From: Felis catus
Lineage: Eukaryota
DNA: 64,000 nt
Reading direction: 5' to 3'
Assembly: GCF_018350175.1 (NCBI RefSeq)
Contig: NC_058368.1
Span: 52,826,001-52,890,000, forward strand
Part shown: positions 1-12,549 of the stretch, one piece after another
Layout of the letters: the number at the start of each line of letters is the position of its first letter
Position numbering within the stretch: position 1 is the stretch's first letter
Program-made: the position numbers and the translations under genes
The notes under the pieces: model-generated
The model's input: the letters and a program-made list of their open reading frames with translations, nothing else
Database searches by the model: none
What the model was told of the DNA's origin: nothing

Positions 1-537
1 ACTCAGTGGCTTTGTTAGTAAGTTCCTTTGGCACAGTAAGAACTTCATCAAGAGTTTAAGTGTTGGGATAGGCCTCAAAGACCAGTATGACTGCTACGTT
101 CAAGACAGGTGGCTTATTAACCCTGAGAGATGGTAGGTGGCAGTCCGTTAGGCTGTCGCCCTTCAGCAATGCTCTGGTTAAAGGTCTGTCGTCGTTTCCC
201 CCACATACTCTGCTTAGGGATGATGGTTAACCCGTCTGTTTGGGTAGCAGGCGAAGAGTTTAATTTTGTGTTTCAGTTCTAAAACGGGCACAAGGATTGC
301 TCCTGTGTTTCAGCTGCTGTGTTGGGAACAGAAGGGTTGGAGTGAGGAGTTATGGGATAGGAGAAGACGTGAAGAAAAGCGAGATGGATCGAAATGGGTA
401 TAGCTTTTCTTAGAGTGTCACAGAGAAGACCTCTCTCTCTTTTTATCTTCCTGTGTCCTCTGAGATGCGAACGGCTCCTCCATGTTTGTGACATTCGAAT
501 GTTGGAGGCTTGGAATCCATATTTGTAAGTGGTTGCT

Positions 538-660
538 TTCCTCCCTTCTTGCCCTTCCTTCCTTCCCCCTTCCCTTCCTTCCCTCCTTCCTTCCTTCCTT
601 CCCTCCTTCTATGTCTCCTTCCTTTCTTTCCATTCCTTTCCCCTCTTTCTTCCTTCTTTC
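538..660. repeat. Pyrimidine-rich (CCTT)n-like simple repeat
   Basis: Run of ccttcctt/ccctcctt units, almost purine-free on + strand. Confidence 0.9.
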
Positions 661-3009
661 TTGACTTCTGAGAGACACAAACATCAAAAGGACCAGTTAC
701 GATTAAACTATAGCTCCAGCCCTGCAGTTACAGTAAGGACAAAACTTTCCATAAATTGAGCAGTCATGCTCTGGAAAAATGTTTCCCGGTATGGACTCAC
801 GGTATTCAGCCACTAATGTTTGAATCTAAACAAAGGTGACATGATATTAGCATCTCAGCTTCTTTTCTGTCTTCTGTTCTTAGCACAGACCTTGAAGGAT
901 GACTGGGCTCATCACGACATGCTTTTTGTGAGGCACGCGTTTAAACCACACTTCTGGTCTAGTTATATGATACCAGGTTCAAAATGTTAACAAGAAGGTT
1001 GAGCTACTAGATCTGTTGGCCAAGATCACCCTTCGGTGTGCTAAGATTGTGGGAACAACACAAATGTCTGCTTCTCCAATGGACCTGTTATGGGGGACAG
1101 TCTCAGATGCCTCTCAGAGGAGAAATTGCCTTAAGCACATTTGAGTCATTAAGTGCCAGAAAGTAATTAGATTACCTTAATAGTTATTCCTGAAACTAAA
1201 GAAGGATTCAAGCAAGGGCTGTCTCCGTTGTCAGTACAGCTTTGATTTCTTGTATTGAAATGGAATTCTGAGGTAGAAAGGAACACTCTGAAATGAATGA
1301 AATGTAAGGTCCAAGAGGGACTGGGTTGTATCTTATAATTCTACATAAACCCATGGTACCCACAAAGTTCTGATCATCTGGTTTCTTTCATTCTTTATCC
1401 AGTGCAGGCTAATCTATTCTGGCCAGACCTTGCCTGTTTTGTTCTGTAACTTCAGAGGGCAGAGCAGTTCCTGGCAAGTAAATATTTTGCTAAACACATA
1501 AATAAATGGATCGAAGGATGCCCTTTTATTTGTGGAAACGAGTCCAGCTGTAAGCGGCAGTGTACAATCTGTGGTGGGGAGTGGCGACAAGGACAACATG
1601 GTCCTGAGTATTGAGCCATCCAGTTGGGTGGGAAGGTCAGACTCTCTTGGGGAAAATTCCTGGTTTAAAGGATACCAGGGAAGCTCTGAGTACCCAAAGC
1701 TCTTTCCAGTGACCAAGGTCCAGGGGCAGGAACGTGACCAGGTATGATTAATTTCAAGCTGTACTCCAGTTGAAATTGGTTCACTACTAATGTAATGTCA
1801 TTGCATTATTGTGTTTTCAATTTAATAAAGCAAATTATAACCCCAAAGAGCTTCTACAGAAAGCTAGATCAGCTAGTTTATAAAAACCCAAACACGAACC
1901 TTTGTTATTTAGTTTTCAACTACAGGTAGTTATACTTCTAAAGTCATTATTTATATGTTGTCAGGAGTACTCACCAAATTTATTGACTTGTACATTATTC
2001 TTTGCAAATAAGTTCTGGCTGCTCTCTGCATATTATAATTAAAACGACAGGGACTTTAATCATTTATGAAATTTTAAACTACATACTGAATATAAATGTA
2101 TCATTCAATGTGATAGAATGAATTAAATTCATCACTGTCAAATAACTGTATAAAAGATGAAATATCTCTCATCCCACATCATTAACTTATAAAAAAAAGA
2201 ACCAGATTTGCAAGCATTGTAATAATACTCTTATGGTCTTTTAAGGACTCTTTGAAAACTAAGGCATTTGGCATATTCAAGAAAATTACTTTTGACCAAA
2301 AAATTGGTTTCTCATTTTCTCTGGAAAAGTTCTATTTGAATTTGGTGAGGAAGGGTAACTTTTGCCTAGAGAGAATCAAATAGATGGACGCTTTTCTATA
2401 GAGTCAAAAAGCATATTTTATTACCATGATGTAAATAGTTGGACATAGATAAAATAGAGTTTGGGTAAACCAAACCATTGATGCAAAAATCCTTCAGGTT
2501 GAAAGGGTAATTTGGGATAAGAATCTAACTGAAATATTTATCTGGTGCGAGTAAGTAGCTGGCATTTGCTCAGTCCTCAGCCAACCTTTTGTGAGTATCC
2601 AGACACAACGCCAGCACCTATATCTCTAAGGAAAACAAAACAGATTTGGCAGGCAATGATTCTGATAATTGTTTTCATTTTCTAGTTTGCCATAATCATT
2701 ACTGTTTTTAGCTGATATCGATACTTGTTTAATACTATAGGATTCAATTCAAAATAGATTTTACTAGGTAACTTCATATCAAAACTCTAAAATGTGAAAA
2801 TCTGTCACTTATTGATTTATTATTTATTGATTTATTTACTGATTGATTTCAGGAGAATATGGGTCATGGACTTTTTAAACCTTCTCCTCCAATCTAACTG
2901 AGTCTTCTCAAGTTTTAATTATTTTGCCTATGTTTCTTGATTTCCATTATTTCTTGGGCAGGACATTTGTTAATTCATTGACTGATTTATTCATTCATTT
3001 AACAAACTT

Positions 3010-3233
3010 TTTTTAATCTAAAATTTTTTTTAAGTTTACTCATTTCTTTTGAGAGAGAGAGAAAGGGGGGGGGCATGGGGAGGGGCAGAGAGAGAAAAGA
3101 GACAGATTCCCAAGCAGGATCCATGCTGTAAGCATGAGCCTGATGCAAGGCTTGAGTTCACTAACTGTGAGATCATGACCTGAGCAGAAATCAAGAGTCA
3201 GATGCTTAATCAACTGAGCCACCCAGGTGCTCT
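3010..3233 (-). mobile_element. Can-SINE (older copy) inserted in an L2 3' end remnant
   Basis: Reverse head ...gagccacccaggtgct, gagatcatgacctgag core, (GA) tract and T-rich tail. Confidence 0.92.
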
Positions 3234-3377
3234 TCATTTCGTAAACTTATTGAGCTTAGCAAGGGGTGGGGGGCAGGGTAAAAAGGGGCTTGGTTTGGGG
3301 ACAAGATGAGAATCTGGTCCCCTCCTGTCAAGGAATATCTATCTACCTAATCTACCTAATGGAAGGTACATGAGTCT

Positions 3378-3378
<1 letters not shown>

Positions 3379-3445
<67 letters not shown>

Positions 3446-3550
3446 TCCTTCTTTCTTTCTTTCTAATATGAAATTTATTGTCAAATTGGTTTCCATACAA
3501 CACCCAGTGCTCATCCCAACAGGTGCCTTCCTCAATGCCTATCACACACT
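3379..3550 (-). mobile_element. Extremely 5'-truncated felid L1 (about 90 bp of 3' end plus (GAAA)n tail)
   Basis: taatatgaaatttattgtcaaattggtttccatacaacacccagtgctcatccc resembles cat L1 3' terminus; perfect 12-bp TSD tacatgagtctt at 3367-3378 and 3551-3562. Confidence 0.88.
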
Positions 3551-4110
3551 TACATGAGTCTTGATAAAACCTGAAATGGGCAGTGCTTTCATAAATTTAC
3601 GGAATTAATTCATTGATTAATTTCGAGAAACAAAAGTATAAATTAAGTAAGGTGCTTAAAACAATCTTTCTACTTCTCCATTTGTTTAATCCAGCTCCCA
3701 GTCACACAACTTCATGCAGTGTTTCCAACCAAATATAAGGAAACACGACATGACTGGTGGAGTAAAGAAGCTTTTTGTGGTGTTCCGGGAGAGACAATGG
3801 GTTTTTATATAAGTTAAAATAGGAAGGAAATCTCAAGCCCAGGCAAGATATGCTACTGTGGGAACCAAAGCCATAAGTTTTCCCAATATTCAGTGTTATC
3901 TCCAGTGATATTTTATCTTGCCATGAATTTTAGATGGGGTATTTTGAGAGTCTAGTTAAATGGTATTCAACTCCTTCTGTTCTCCAAACTATTGAATTCT
4001 TGTTTCATAGCAGCCAAAACTAAGAAAGTCACTGTCATTTAGAATTTTACATATTGTTATTTTAACTACAAGATACCCGACTGACCTGTAGTTACTTAAA
4101 AACTATTCTT

Positions 4111-4334
4111 GGGGCGCCTGGGTGGCTCAGTCTGTTAAGCGGCCGACTTCGGCTCAGGTCATGATCTCGCGGTCCGTGAGTTCGAGCCCCGCGTCAGGCT
4201 CTGGGCTGACAGCTCAGAGCCTGGAGCCTGTTTCAGATTCTGTGTCTCCCTCTCTCTGACCCTCCCCTGTTCATGCTCTGTCTCTTCCTGTCTCAAAAAT
4301 AAATAAAACATTAAAAAAAAAACAAAAAAACCCC
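4111..4334 (+). mobile_element. Can-SINE (SINEC_Fc type)
   Basis: ggggcgcctgggtggctcag head, B-box gagttcgagcc, (CT) tract, A tail; TSD aaactattctt on both sides. Confidence 0.97.
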
Positions 4335-4583
4335 AAACTATTCTTGATAAGTAAGACTTTTTTGGGGGGGAGTGGAGCAAAGTCAGGAAATGGGTATAAG
4401 ACTTGGGACTGTAGCAAAAACGTATTGCTGTGGATTAATATACCCTGCTCTGACAGAGCTTCTTAAAAGCTGACTAGAAACCAGTGCAGCCTGGCTTTTA
4501 TTTTATGGCATTAACTTCAGCTCTATTTTAATCAGCAAGTTTGAATAACAACAAGACTATGAAAATGACTGCAGTAATTAATA

Positions 4584-4588
<5 letters not shown>

Positions 4589-4626
<38 letters not shown>

Positions 4627-4637
4627 GCGCACACACA
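4589..4637. repeat. (AC)n microsatellite
   Basis: Direct reading. Confidence 0.97.
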
Positions 4638-4712
4638 CCAGAGAGCAGAATCAATAATTCAAAGAAATGTTTTCGATGAAAAAAATTGTTATAAAAGGTT
4701 TTTTTGTTGTAG

Positions 4713-4861
4713 TGTGTACGATTTCTCCCCCCAACACATGGGTTCCTATCTGTGAAATGTATTCCATATGCATTGATTTGCCTGCCTTTAAAAATGGCAT
4801 TACTTCTCATTTGTACTCTTTCTTACTAATACTTTTTTTTTGCCTGTGTTTGTTTTCACAG
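4713..4861 (+). other. Candidate 3' splice site with extended AG-exclusion zone
   Basis: No AG between 4713 and 4859; branch-point-like tactaat near 4824-4830; T-rich tract; ttttcacag ending 4861. Confidence 0.45.
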
Positions 4862-5499
4862 AGCAGTGTTTCCTCATCAGCCTACTTTAGAAACTTCTAG
4901 ACAGGTTTTAGTACTTAGCCTCATCATTAAGAACCTGATGTGAAAATTCTGGGTTTGAAAGCAAGAAGCCTTGCTGAAATGCTCTGCCAAGGGTTTTGAG
5001 CAGCACACAGCTGTATTCTAGACCTGTAACTGTATATGGTGGTAGTCGGTATGAGGTAACAAAGCCTGGCTCAAGATAGAAAGATGCCAGCAATTTAAGC
5101 ATCTCTTTCTAATAGCTTTATGATGGGACCCGTTATACTGAGAGATTTTTATTAGGCTTGAAATAGAATTTTTACAAAGTTGCCGCAGAGTCGGAGTAAA
5201 GTGCATTTGCTAAACCCTTTATATTCTCTTCCCCCTGTTCCTCAGTATTGTTTCCGAATGGAAGGTGAAACTGTATTCCTTGGTGTGCAGTTTAAAGTCA
5301 AGAGCAGCAATATTTAGCACATGCTTGGGCAACCTTGTTTGAAATCCATGCCGCCCCTCTCTGGTGTTCTGATGTGCCTTTAGGGGATGCTTGCCTGTTT
5401 GTAGTTTGTTTTCTTTTGTTTAAGGTTTCAGCTACTGCATTGACTAATGATTATATAGCAGTAAACTCTCGTCCCTGCTAAATTCAGTAGTGATGCCTC

Positions 5500-7900
5500 A
5501 AAAGCATTTTTCCCTTGTGTGACATAAAACAATAAAAGAACTAGACAAACCCCTTTTGAGGAAGAATAATCCTTTGTTTAAAGAAAAGAAAAGGCATCTC
5601 CTTGATGCCAGAGGTGGAGAATTCAAATCAAAGGCCGAGCTAATTGATAAAAAATAAAACAAGTGTTAATCCTGCAAATTTTTTGCAGTTCGTTATTATT
5701 TGTCAAAGTTGTTACTAGCGTACCCGTTTTATCCACGCGCTATTTATTATAAAAATTCTACAATATTTATTTATCCCATTATTACTTAATAGACACCTCT
5801 GCTCTTCAGTCTAAACTCTAAATAATAAATCTCTTTCTTCTGAATGCTGTTACCAGCATAATTTATCAATAGAATTTTGGTCAGGCAGTTGTATTTTATT
5901 TCTTTGAAGATAGTGAAATGTAGCCGTTCTCCCCTGAATTTGTTCTTTAATAAAAAGTACAACAGTTCATTAAAAAATATAATTTATATATCACAATTAT
6001 GACTAAAAATTAAAGCAACCAATAGATTTACATAATGCATATTATTAGCCTTTAGATTTACTAATGCCAAGTCCAAAGAATTTGAACATGCCATTTAATT
6101 GTTCTCCCTGCAATTTTTTTAATGAGACTTGTGGCCATGATTCTGAGTGATAAATTCCTCTTGATTTGCCTCCAGTTGTCACTGGCCAAACCTTAGGGGA
6201 TGAAAGATTAGTTACGGTTGCAAAAGACTTATTATTTTTAACTGGAGAATTTTTAATGTTCTTAACCCAATTAAGCAGAGAGTGAAGAATCTATCAATAT
6301 TGTTGTCAGTTTATTAGAGGAAAAAAAAATCTCCCAAATTTTAATTTAGCTGGAGATGCCATTCAATTTCTGCCTTTAGCTTAGAGTAGAATAAGATCGT
6401 ATTAAATTAGTAGTTGACCCCGGTGCCTAAATGTCACATCGCCCACGTAAGGAAATTACCTTCTGATTTAGACAAAGATTTCGATCAATGAGCAGGGTTT
6501 CAGCCCTCATTCAATGTTTAATAGCATTTGTTTTTAATCACCCAAATCCTTGAATAACAGAAGCAAGCTGTACAGCGATTTGCAGATGCTTGGTTCTGTA
6601 GTGAGATTAATAGGTATATTCAGAATTTTAATCCCAAATTTCAAAACTCCAAGGGGGGAAAAAAAAAGTTTTCTTGTTAAGTTTAAGTCACGAATCCAAG
6701 AGACCGTATTCAGGCCACAAAACAGTCCAAGTTGGCCCCAAACACAGGTGCTCCCAGTTTGAACATCACGCCTGGCTTTTCTGCAGAGAAACGAAATGAA
6801 AGAGCAACTTCAAACACAGGTGCAAAACCCCGCATCTGTGAGGGACAGCCCGAAACCATGGCTTTCTCCTGACCATTTTCGGCTTGTAAACCTCATCCTC
6901 CATGGAGCACCTGTGTCAGAACCAATCAGAGATGTGTATAAATGTTATCAACACCTACACATCATTACTTATTCATCAACATCAGCACCAAATATTGATG
7001 CAAACATGCAAGGGTGGTTTTTCCCTTTCCTGTGGAGCGGCTCTTTCCTGAAGCTTGTGTCCATTTGCCCTATGGCTGATGGGAAGGAGTAAAATATGCA
7101 GATAAAAATTGGGATGATGTCGGGTATCACACTCTGAATTTGTGTTGGTATCACTTTTCGATCTGTACCTCTGATTCCTTCGGTGGGAAAAATGGAGTGC
7201 ACACAAAAGGTTCCAACACACTGATTGCCTAAAGGCCTAATTGCAATAAAGCCATACTTTGTGGACTACTTTGATGCAGTCACTTCCTCCCTGGTTGTCT
7301 GGGGCCTTCGCGCCGTTTGGTTAGCGCTACATTTGAAGCTGTGTAAGATTTTGTTTTTCAACAGCAGTAGCAAGCCCCAGAAGCAGCAGGATCTGGCTTC
7401 CTGGCAAACTCCACAGGCATTTGGGTTAGTGGCTTTGTATTCGCCTCTGGGTCTTTCCTGCACAGGGCTGGGGAGGGGCTATTGAGCTGTTAGAGGCTTT
7501 GCAAACCATTTCTTCTTTGACAATTTAAATTTATGTGGTTTTTAATTGTCTGTAAACAAAGCCTTTTAAATCTAGCACTAAATCTCCATCGAGGTCAGCT
7601 GGCATCCAAAGGGATGGTTGCTGATTTAGTTGGGAGTCTGCTTTTCTTTTCCTAAAAAAACCCTCTCAATCAGTTTATTGTCCTCCAATAGAGATGCACA
7701 AAACACACAAATCGCTTGGCCCCTCCCCCCCACTTTGAATGAATAGATAAAAATCCATCTGTTTTTTATCTGCCTGTTTTGAGGGGCCAAATTTGTGTCC
7801 TTTGTGAAAAATGGCCTCAGCGATGTAATTTCCTAGCAAGCAGCTAGGAAGATTGACCAACACTTAGGTTTTTCATCAGTGACGTTAGCTGAGAAACTTT
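5500..7900. promoter_or_regulatory. Repeat-free block with enhancer-like motif clusters (putative conserved non-coding elements)
   Basis: No recognisable TE; TCF/LEF atcaaag 5627-5633, homeodomain ctaattg, gataa, taatcc, inverted GATA pair 7745-7771; conservation not testable here. Confidence 0.35.
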
Positions 7901-8744
7901 CAGTCTATTTTTGGTTCTAAATGGGCCTGAGCTAGAGATCATTAATGTTGTGACTAATTAAGAGCTGAAGATATAGCACAATAAACATGTATTGGTTATC
8001 ATGGTTCACAGAGTATTGATTATGTGACTTTATAAAATAAAAAATAATAAAAAAATGGGGGAAAGGGTGGCATAGGGCAAACGGTTGGTTTTCTATAGAT
8101 AGTTGTCATACAGCTGACAATAGTCTTTCAAAAACATAATTTAAGACACGTGCAGACAAATGTCTGACTGTAGGTCCCTGGCTTCTGGGAGCTCCAGTAA
8201 AACTGGGCCACATTTCCGCTCTGCGGCCCCACTGGGCCCTGGCCCGAGCTGCCCTCCTGCCGCTCGATCCTGCATACTCCCTGTCACAGTGCTCCCATTT
8301 CTCTGAACAGCTAGTTCTGTCTCAGCGGCAAGTGAGAAAAAATCAACCGTTACAAATGAGGAGAGACGTAGAGCTCTTAGGAAAAAAGAAGCATAAAACC
8401 CACCGAGCAACTGTGTTCAAATAAAAGCTGTCACTGCTGAGCGAACCGGAGATTCAAACTCTGGCACAGGATTCCTGTTTTTAAGCAGCCCTGGCTCAGA
8501 GCTTACGAGGAATGGAGAAGAGCTTTTCAGATCGTCCTTCCTTTGTCTCCTATGAGCCCTCAGTTCCTGCTTTGAGAAAGAACCGTGAAACCAAAAGGAA
8601 TACTTCTGCTTCTCTAAATGTATCTGGATACGTGAGTTGTTATCTCACATGGAGAAGTGTTTTTTTTTCTTCTGAGTCCATTTCTAATTTTCAGTGAGGC
8701 CAGATAATAAAAAGGAAACCGCCCGTGTTTTCGGAAAAGAGCAA

Positions 8745-8915
8745 CTTTGAGTCCTGATTTTGCTAGTTACATGTCCTTGCACAAATTATTTAATTTTTCT
8801 GGTCACAATTTTCTCACCTGTAAAATGGGAATAGTATCTACCTTGCAGTGTTGAAACATGGGCTAAAATGCGATCATTTGGAACAAAATTTCTTACAGTA
8901 CCTGGCACCTCTTAG
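8745..8915 (+). mobile_element. MIR SINE remnant
   Basis: Core ttttctcacctgtaaaatgggaatagtatctacct. Confidence 0.75.
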
Positions 8916-8952
8916 CATCAAAAACATTCCAGACCAAGAAATAATTTGAGAA

Positions 8953-9168
8953 GGACGCCTAGGTGGCTCAGTTGGTTAAGCATCTGATTTCGGCGTAGGT
9001 CATGATCTCAGCGTTCGTTGGTTCGAGCCCCGCGTCCAGCTCTGTGCTGACAGCTCAGAGCCTGGAGCCGGCTTCAGATTCTGTGTCTCCCGCTCTCGGC
9101 CCCTCCCCCATCCGTGCTCTGTCTCTTAAAAATAAAATGTATTAAAATTTAATAAAACGTTTTTAAAA
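8953..9168 (+). mobile_element. Can-SINE
   Basis: Head ggacgcctaggtggctcag; 17-bp TSD aagaaataatttgagaa (8936-8952, 9169-9185). Confidence 0.96.
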
Positions 9169-9899
9169 AAGAAATAATTTGAGAAAAAAACAAATGACAA
9201 GCAAAACAACAACAAAAACAAACCAAAAAGAACAAAGGAAAGAACGAAAGAACGAAAGAAAAGGACAGGAAAAAAGCAGCCCTGATAAATAGGAAAAATA
9301 TGAATCCCCAAAAGATAAAATGATGGGAATTGTTAGGACTTTAAAAAGTCATGGATCAAGATAAAAACTGCATACTATGCCGTCACTGGATTAGACCAAG
9401 TAAACAGAATTTGGTGCCTGAAAAATAGTTCGTTATAGAGAGCAGATGTTTGAAATGGAACAGGGATTGTCCTCCCAATGCAGGGATGAAACGTGAAAAC
9501 TGTGATGAACAGAAGTTGAAAAGTTGAGCGGCCCTGGTTACGCAGAGGCAATGGGCTGTGGCCCCTACCAGCAGGGCTCACGCACACTTTGGAGAAAGAG
9601 ACTGTGGTCAGCGAAGGCCCATGCTTCCCTCATACATTCTTCCTACCCACGTCAGTCTGGCCCATCTGGTGGCTTGGGCTGCTCCATTTGTGGGCGCACA
9701 TCCAAACCAGGTAAGCCACCTGTTTGGTTGGCTTTGAAGATGCATGGACTTTAGTTGAACTGTTCTGCAGTAAAGTCACTCTTGCAATTTCAAGGCCATT
9801 CAGGATGAAAATGTTGGGGAAGCCAGATTCCTACTTCCTTACCATAGGGTCTCAATGCAAGTTCATTCGTTCATTCATTCATTCATTCATTCAACTTTT

Positions 9900-10125
9900 T
9901 TTTTTTTAATTTTTTTTTTCAACGTTTATTTATTTTTTTTGGGACAGAGAGAGACAGAGCATGAACGGGGGAGGGGCAGAGAGAGAGGGAGACACAGAAT
10001 CGGAAACAGGCTCCAGGCTCCGAGCCATCAGCCCAGAGCCTGACGCGGGGCTCGAACTCACGGACCGCGAGATCGTGACCTGGCTGAAGTCGGACGCTTA
10101 ACCAACTGCGCCACCCAGGCGCCCC
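9900..10125 (-). mobile_element. Young Can-SINE (SINEC_Fc type) inside an L2 3' end
   Basis: CpG-rich body; TSD tcattcaactttt (9887-9899, 10127-10139); flanks (cattc)n and ttattaagcacctactgagtgccag are L2-terminus-like. Confidence 0.97.
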
Positions 10126-10754
10126 ATCATTCAACTTTTATTAAGCACCTACTGAGTGCCAGACACTGTGCCGAGCTTTGAGAATGAAACTGAGCTACAG
10201 AGACATGTTCTCTGGGCTCTAAGGGATAGAATTGCTTGAGGTGGTGTTACCTAACCCCACCGGCATCCCTCCACCCTTGCTTTCGGGTCCTATGGCTTCC
10301 CTACTGATCAATATGTATCCCGCTGCCTTCGCACAAGGCTGCAGCACACTAGAGTCGCCTAGGGTTTTTCCTGTTAGCTAAGTTTCAATAAATCAGATAC
10401 TCTGTGTTTGGATCCTGTCAGAAAGTAGCTAGATCAGGCCCAGAGGGGTTAATCTGAGATCAAAGATCAGATGGGAAAAGAAGATATTAAAAATAGGTGT
10501 CAAACAGTAAATAATAAAGTTGAAATAAATTAGTGGATGGGCTGATGGATAAAGGGAACATGAAGCATACATTTTAGGTTCTTGATCACTCTCTTCTCTG
10601 TAATCTTCCTTTCTGGTTTCATCTAACTTTAAGCTGTTAGACTAGAAATTTTAATTCACTATTATTAATAAGTAATAACTACTATTTAGATAATTATATT
10701 ATGGTATATAATTATAAAACCGGCTATTAAAGAGTTATTAATAAATATCTAATC

Positions 10755-11727
10755 ACCTCAGAGAGATGTTTGTCCTCTTCAACCAACATCTCTCCCTTTC
10801 CCTCACCCCCAGACCTTGGCAACCACCATTCTACTCTGTTTCTACGAACTTAGTTTTTTTATACTCTACATTTAAGTGAAAACATACAGTACTTGTATTT
10901 CTCTCTCTTATTCCACTTAACATTATGCCCTTAAGGTCCATCTGTTTTGCCACAAATGGCAGGACTTCCTTCTTTTTTATGGCTCATTCACATTCCTCTG
11001 TGCATGCACACGCGTGCGTGTGTGCGCGTGTGTGTGTGTGTGCATTTCAGTCTCTTGCATGTGAATTTTTCATTTTCTCTACACCACTTATTGAAGAGAT
11101 TATCCTTTCCCCATTGAATATTCTTGGCTCCCTTGTCAAATATTATTTGACTGTATATGTGTGGGCTCTTGATTCTCTTTAATCACTCTGTTTTTATGCC
11201 AATAGCATATTATTTTGATTATTATAGCTATGTAATATAGTTGGAGATCAGGAAATGTGATGCCTCTAACTTTGTTCTACTTTCTCATGACTGCTTTGGC
11301 TAGTCAGATTCTTAATGATTCCTTTAAGGTTGTTTTTACTATTTCTGTGAAAAATGCCATTGGAATTTTGGTAGGAAGTGCATAGAATCTATAGGTACCT
11401 TAGGTAGTATAAACATTTTAACAATATTAATTCTTCTGATCTATTGAACATGGATATCTTTCCATTTATTTGTATCTTCAATTTATTTCATCAATGTCTT
11501 GTAATTTTCAGGGCACAGAACTTTCACTTTCTTATTAAATTTATTCCTAAGTATTTTATTATTTTGATGCAATTGTAAATGAGATTATTTTATTTATTTC
11601 TTTTTCAGATAGTTTGTTGTTAGAGAAATGCAACTGATTTTTGTATGCTGATTTTATATTTTCCAATGTTACTGATTTTATTTATTAGTTTTAATAGTTG
11701 TTTTTGGTGGAATCTTTAGGATTTTCT
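10755..11727 (-). mobile_element. Older L1 (L1MA-like), 3' part, internally deleted; resumes at 14352
   Basis: Antisense L1 3'UTR (ggcaaccaccattctactctgtttct) and ORF2-region motifs (aaaaatgccattggaattttg). Confidence 0.88.
10998..11044. repeat. Alternating purine-pyrimidine (TG/CG) tract, Z-DNA-prone
   Basis: tgtgcatgcacacgcgtgcgtgtgtgcgcgtgtgtgtgtgtgtgca. Confidence 0.9.
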
Positions 11728-12516
11728 TTCTTTTAAGTTTTTATTTAAATTCCAGTCAGTTGACATAGAGTGTAACACTAGTTTTGGGTGTACAATATAG
11801 TGACTCAGCACTTCCATACAACCTTTGGTGTTCATCACAACAAGGGCACCCCTTCATCACCATCATCTATTTAACCCATTCCCCCACCCACCCACCTCCC
11901 TTCTGATAATCATCAGTTTGTTCTCTGGAGTTACGAGTCTGTTTCCTGCTTTGCCTCTCTCTCTCTCTCTCTTTTCCCTTTGCTTGTTTGTTTCTTAAAG
12001 CCCACATATGAGTGAAATCATATGGTATTTTTTTGTTTTCTGTCTGGCCTATTTCACTTAGCACAATACTCTCTAGCTCCATCCATGTCACTGCAAATGG
12101 CAAGATTTCATTCTTTTTTATGGCTCAGTAATATTCTACCGTATATGTATACACCTCTCCTTTATCCGGTGCTCTATCCAGGGACACTGGGCTGCTTCCA
12201 TAATTTTGCTATTGTAGATAATGCTGCTAAAAACACTGGGATGCATGTATCCCTTTGATTAGAATTTTTGTATTCTTTGGGAAAATACCAGGTAGTGCAA
12301 TTGCTGGATCAGAGGGTAGTTCTATTTTTAACTTTTTGAGGAACCTCCACACTGTTTTCCAGAGAGGCTGCACAAGTTTGCATTCTCACCAACAGTGTAA
12401 GAGGATCCCTCTTTCTCTGCACCCTCACCAATACCCATTGTTTCTGTGTTGTTGATTTTAACTATTTTTTTTAAACATTTATTTATTTTTGAGAGACAGA
12501 ACATGAGCGATGGGGC

Positions 12517-12549
<33 letters not shown>

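Noticed and set aside
4111..4190. tRNA-like sequence (A/B boxes) here and in other SINE heads
   Set aside because: tRNA-derived Can-SINE heads with (CT) tract, A tail and TSDs; not tRNA genes.
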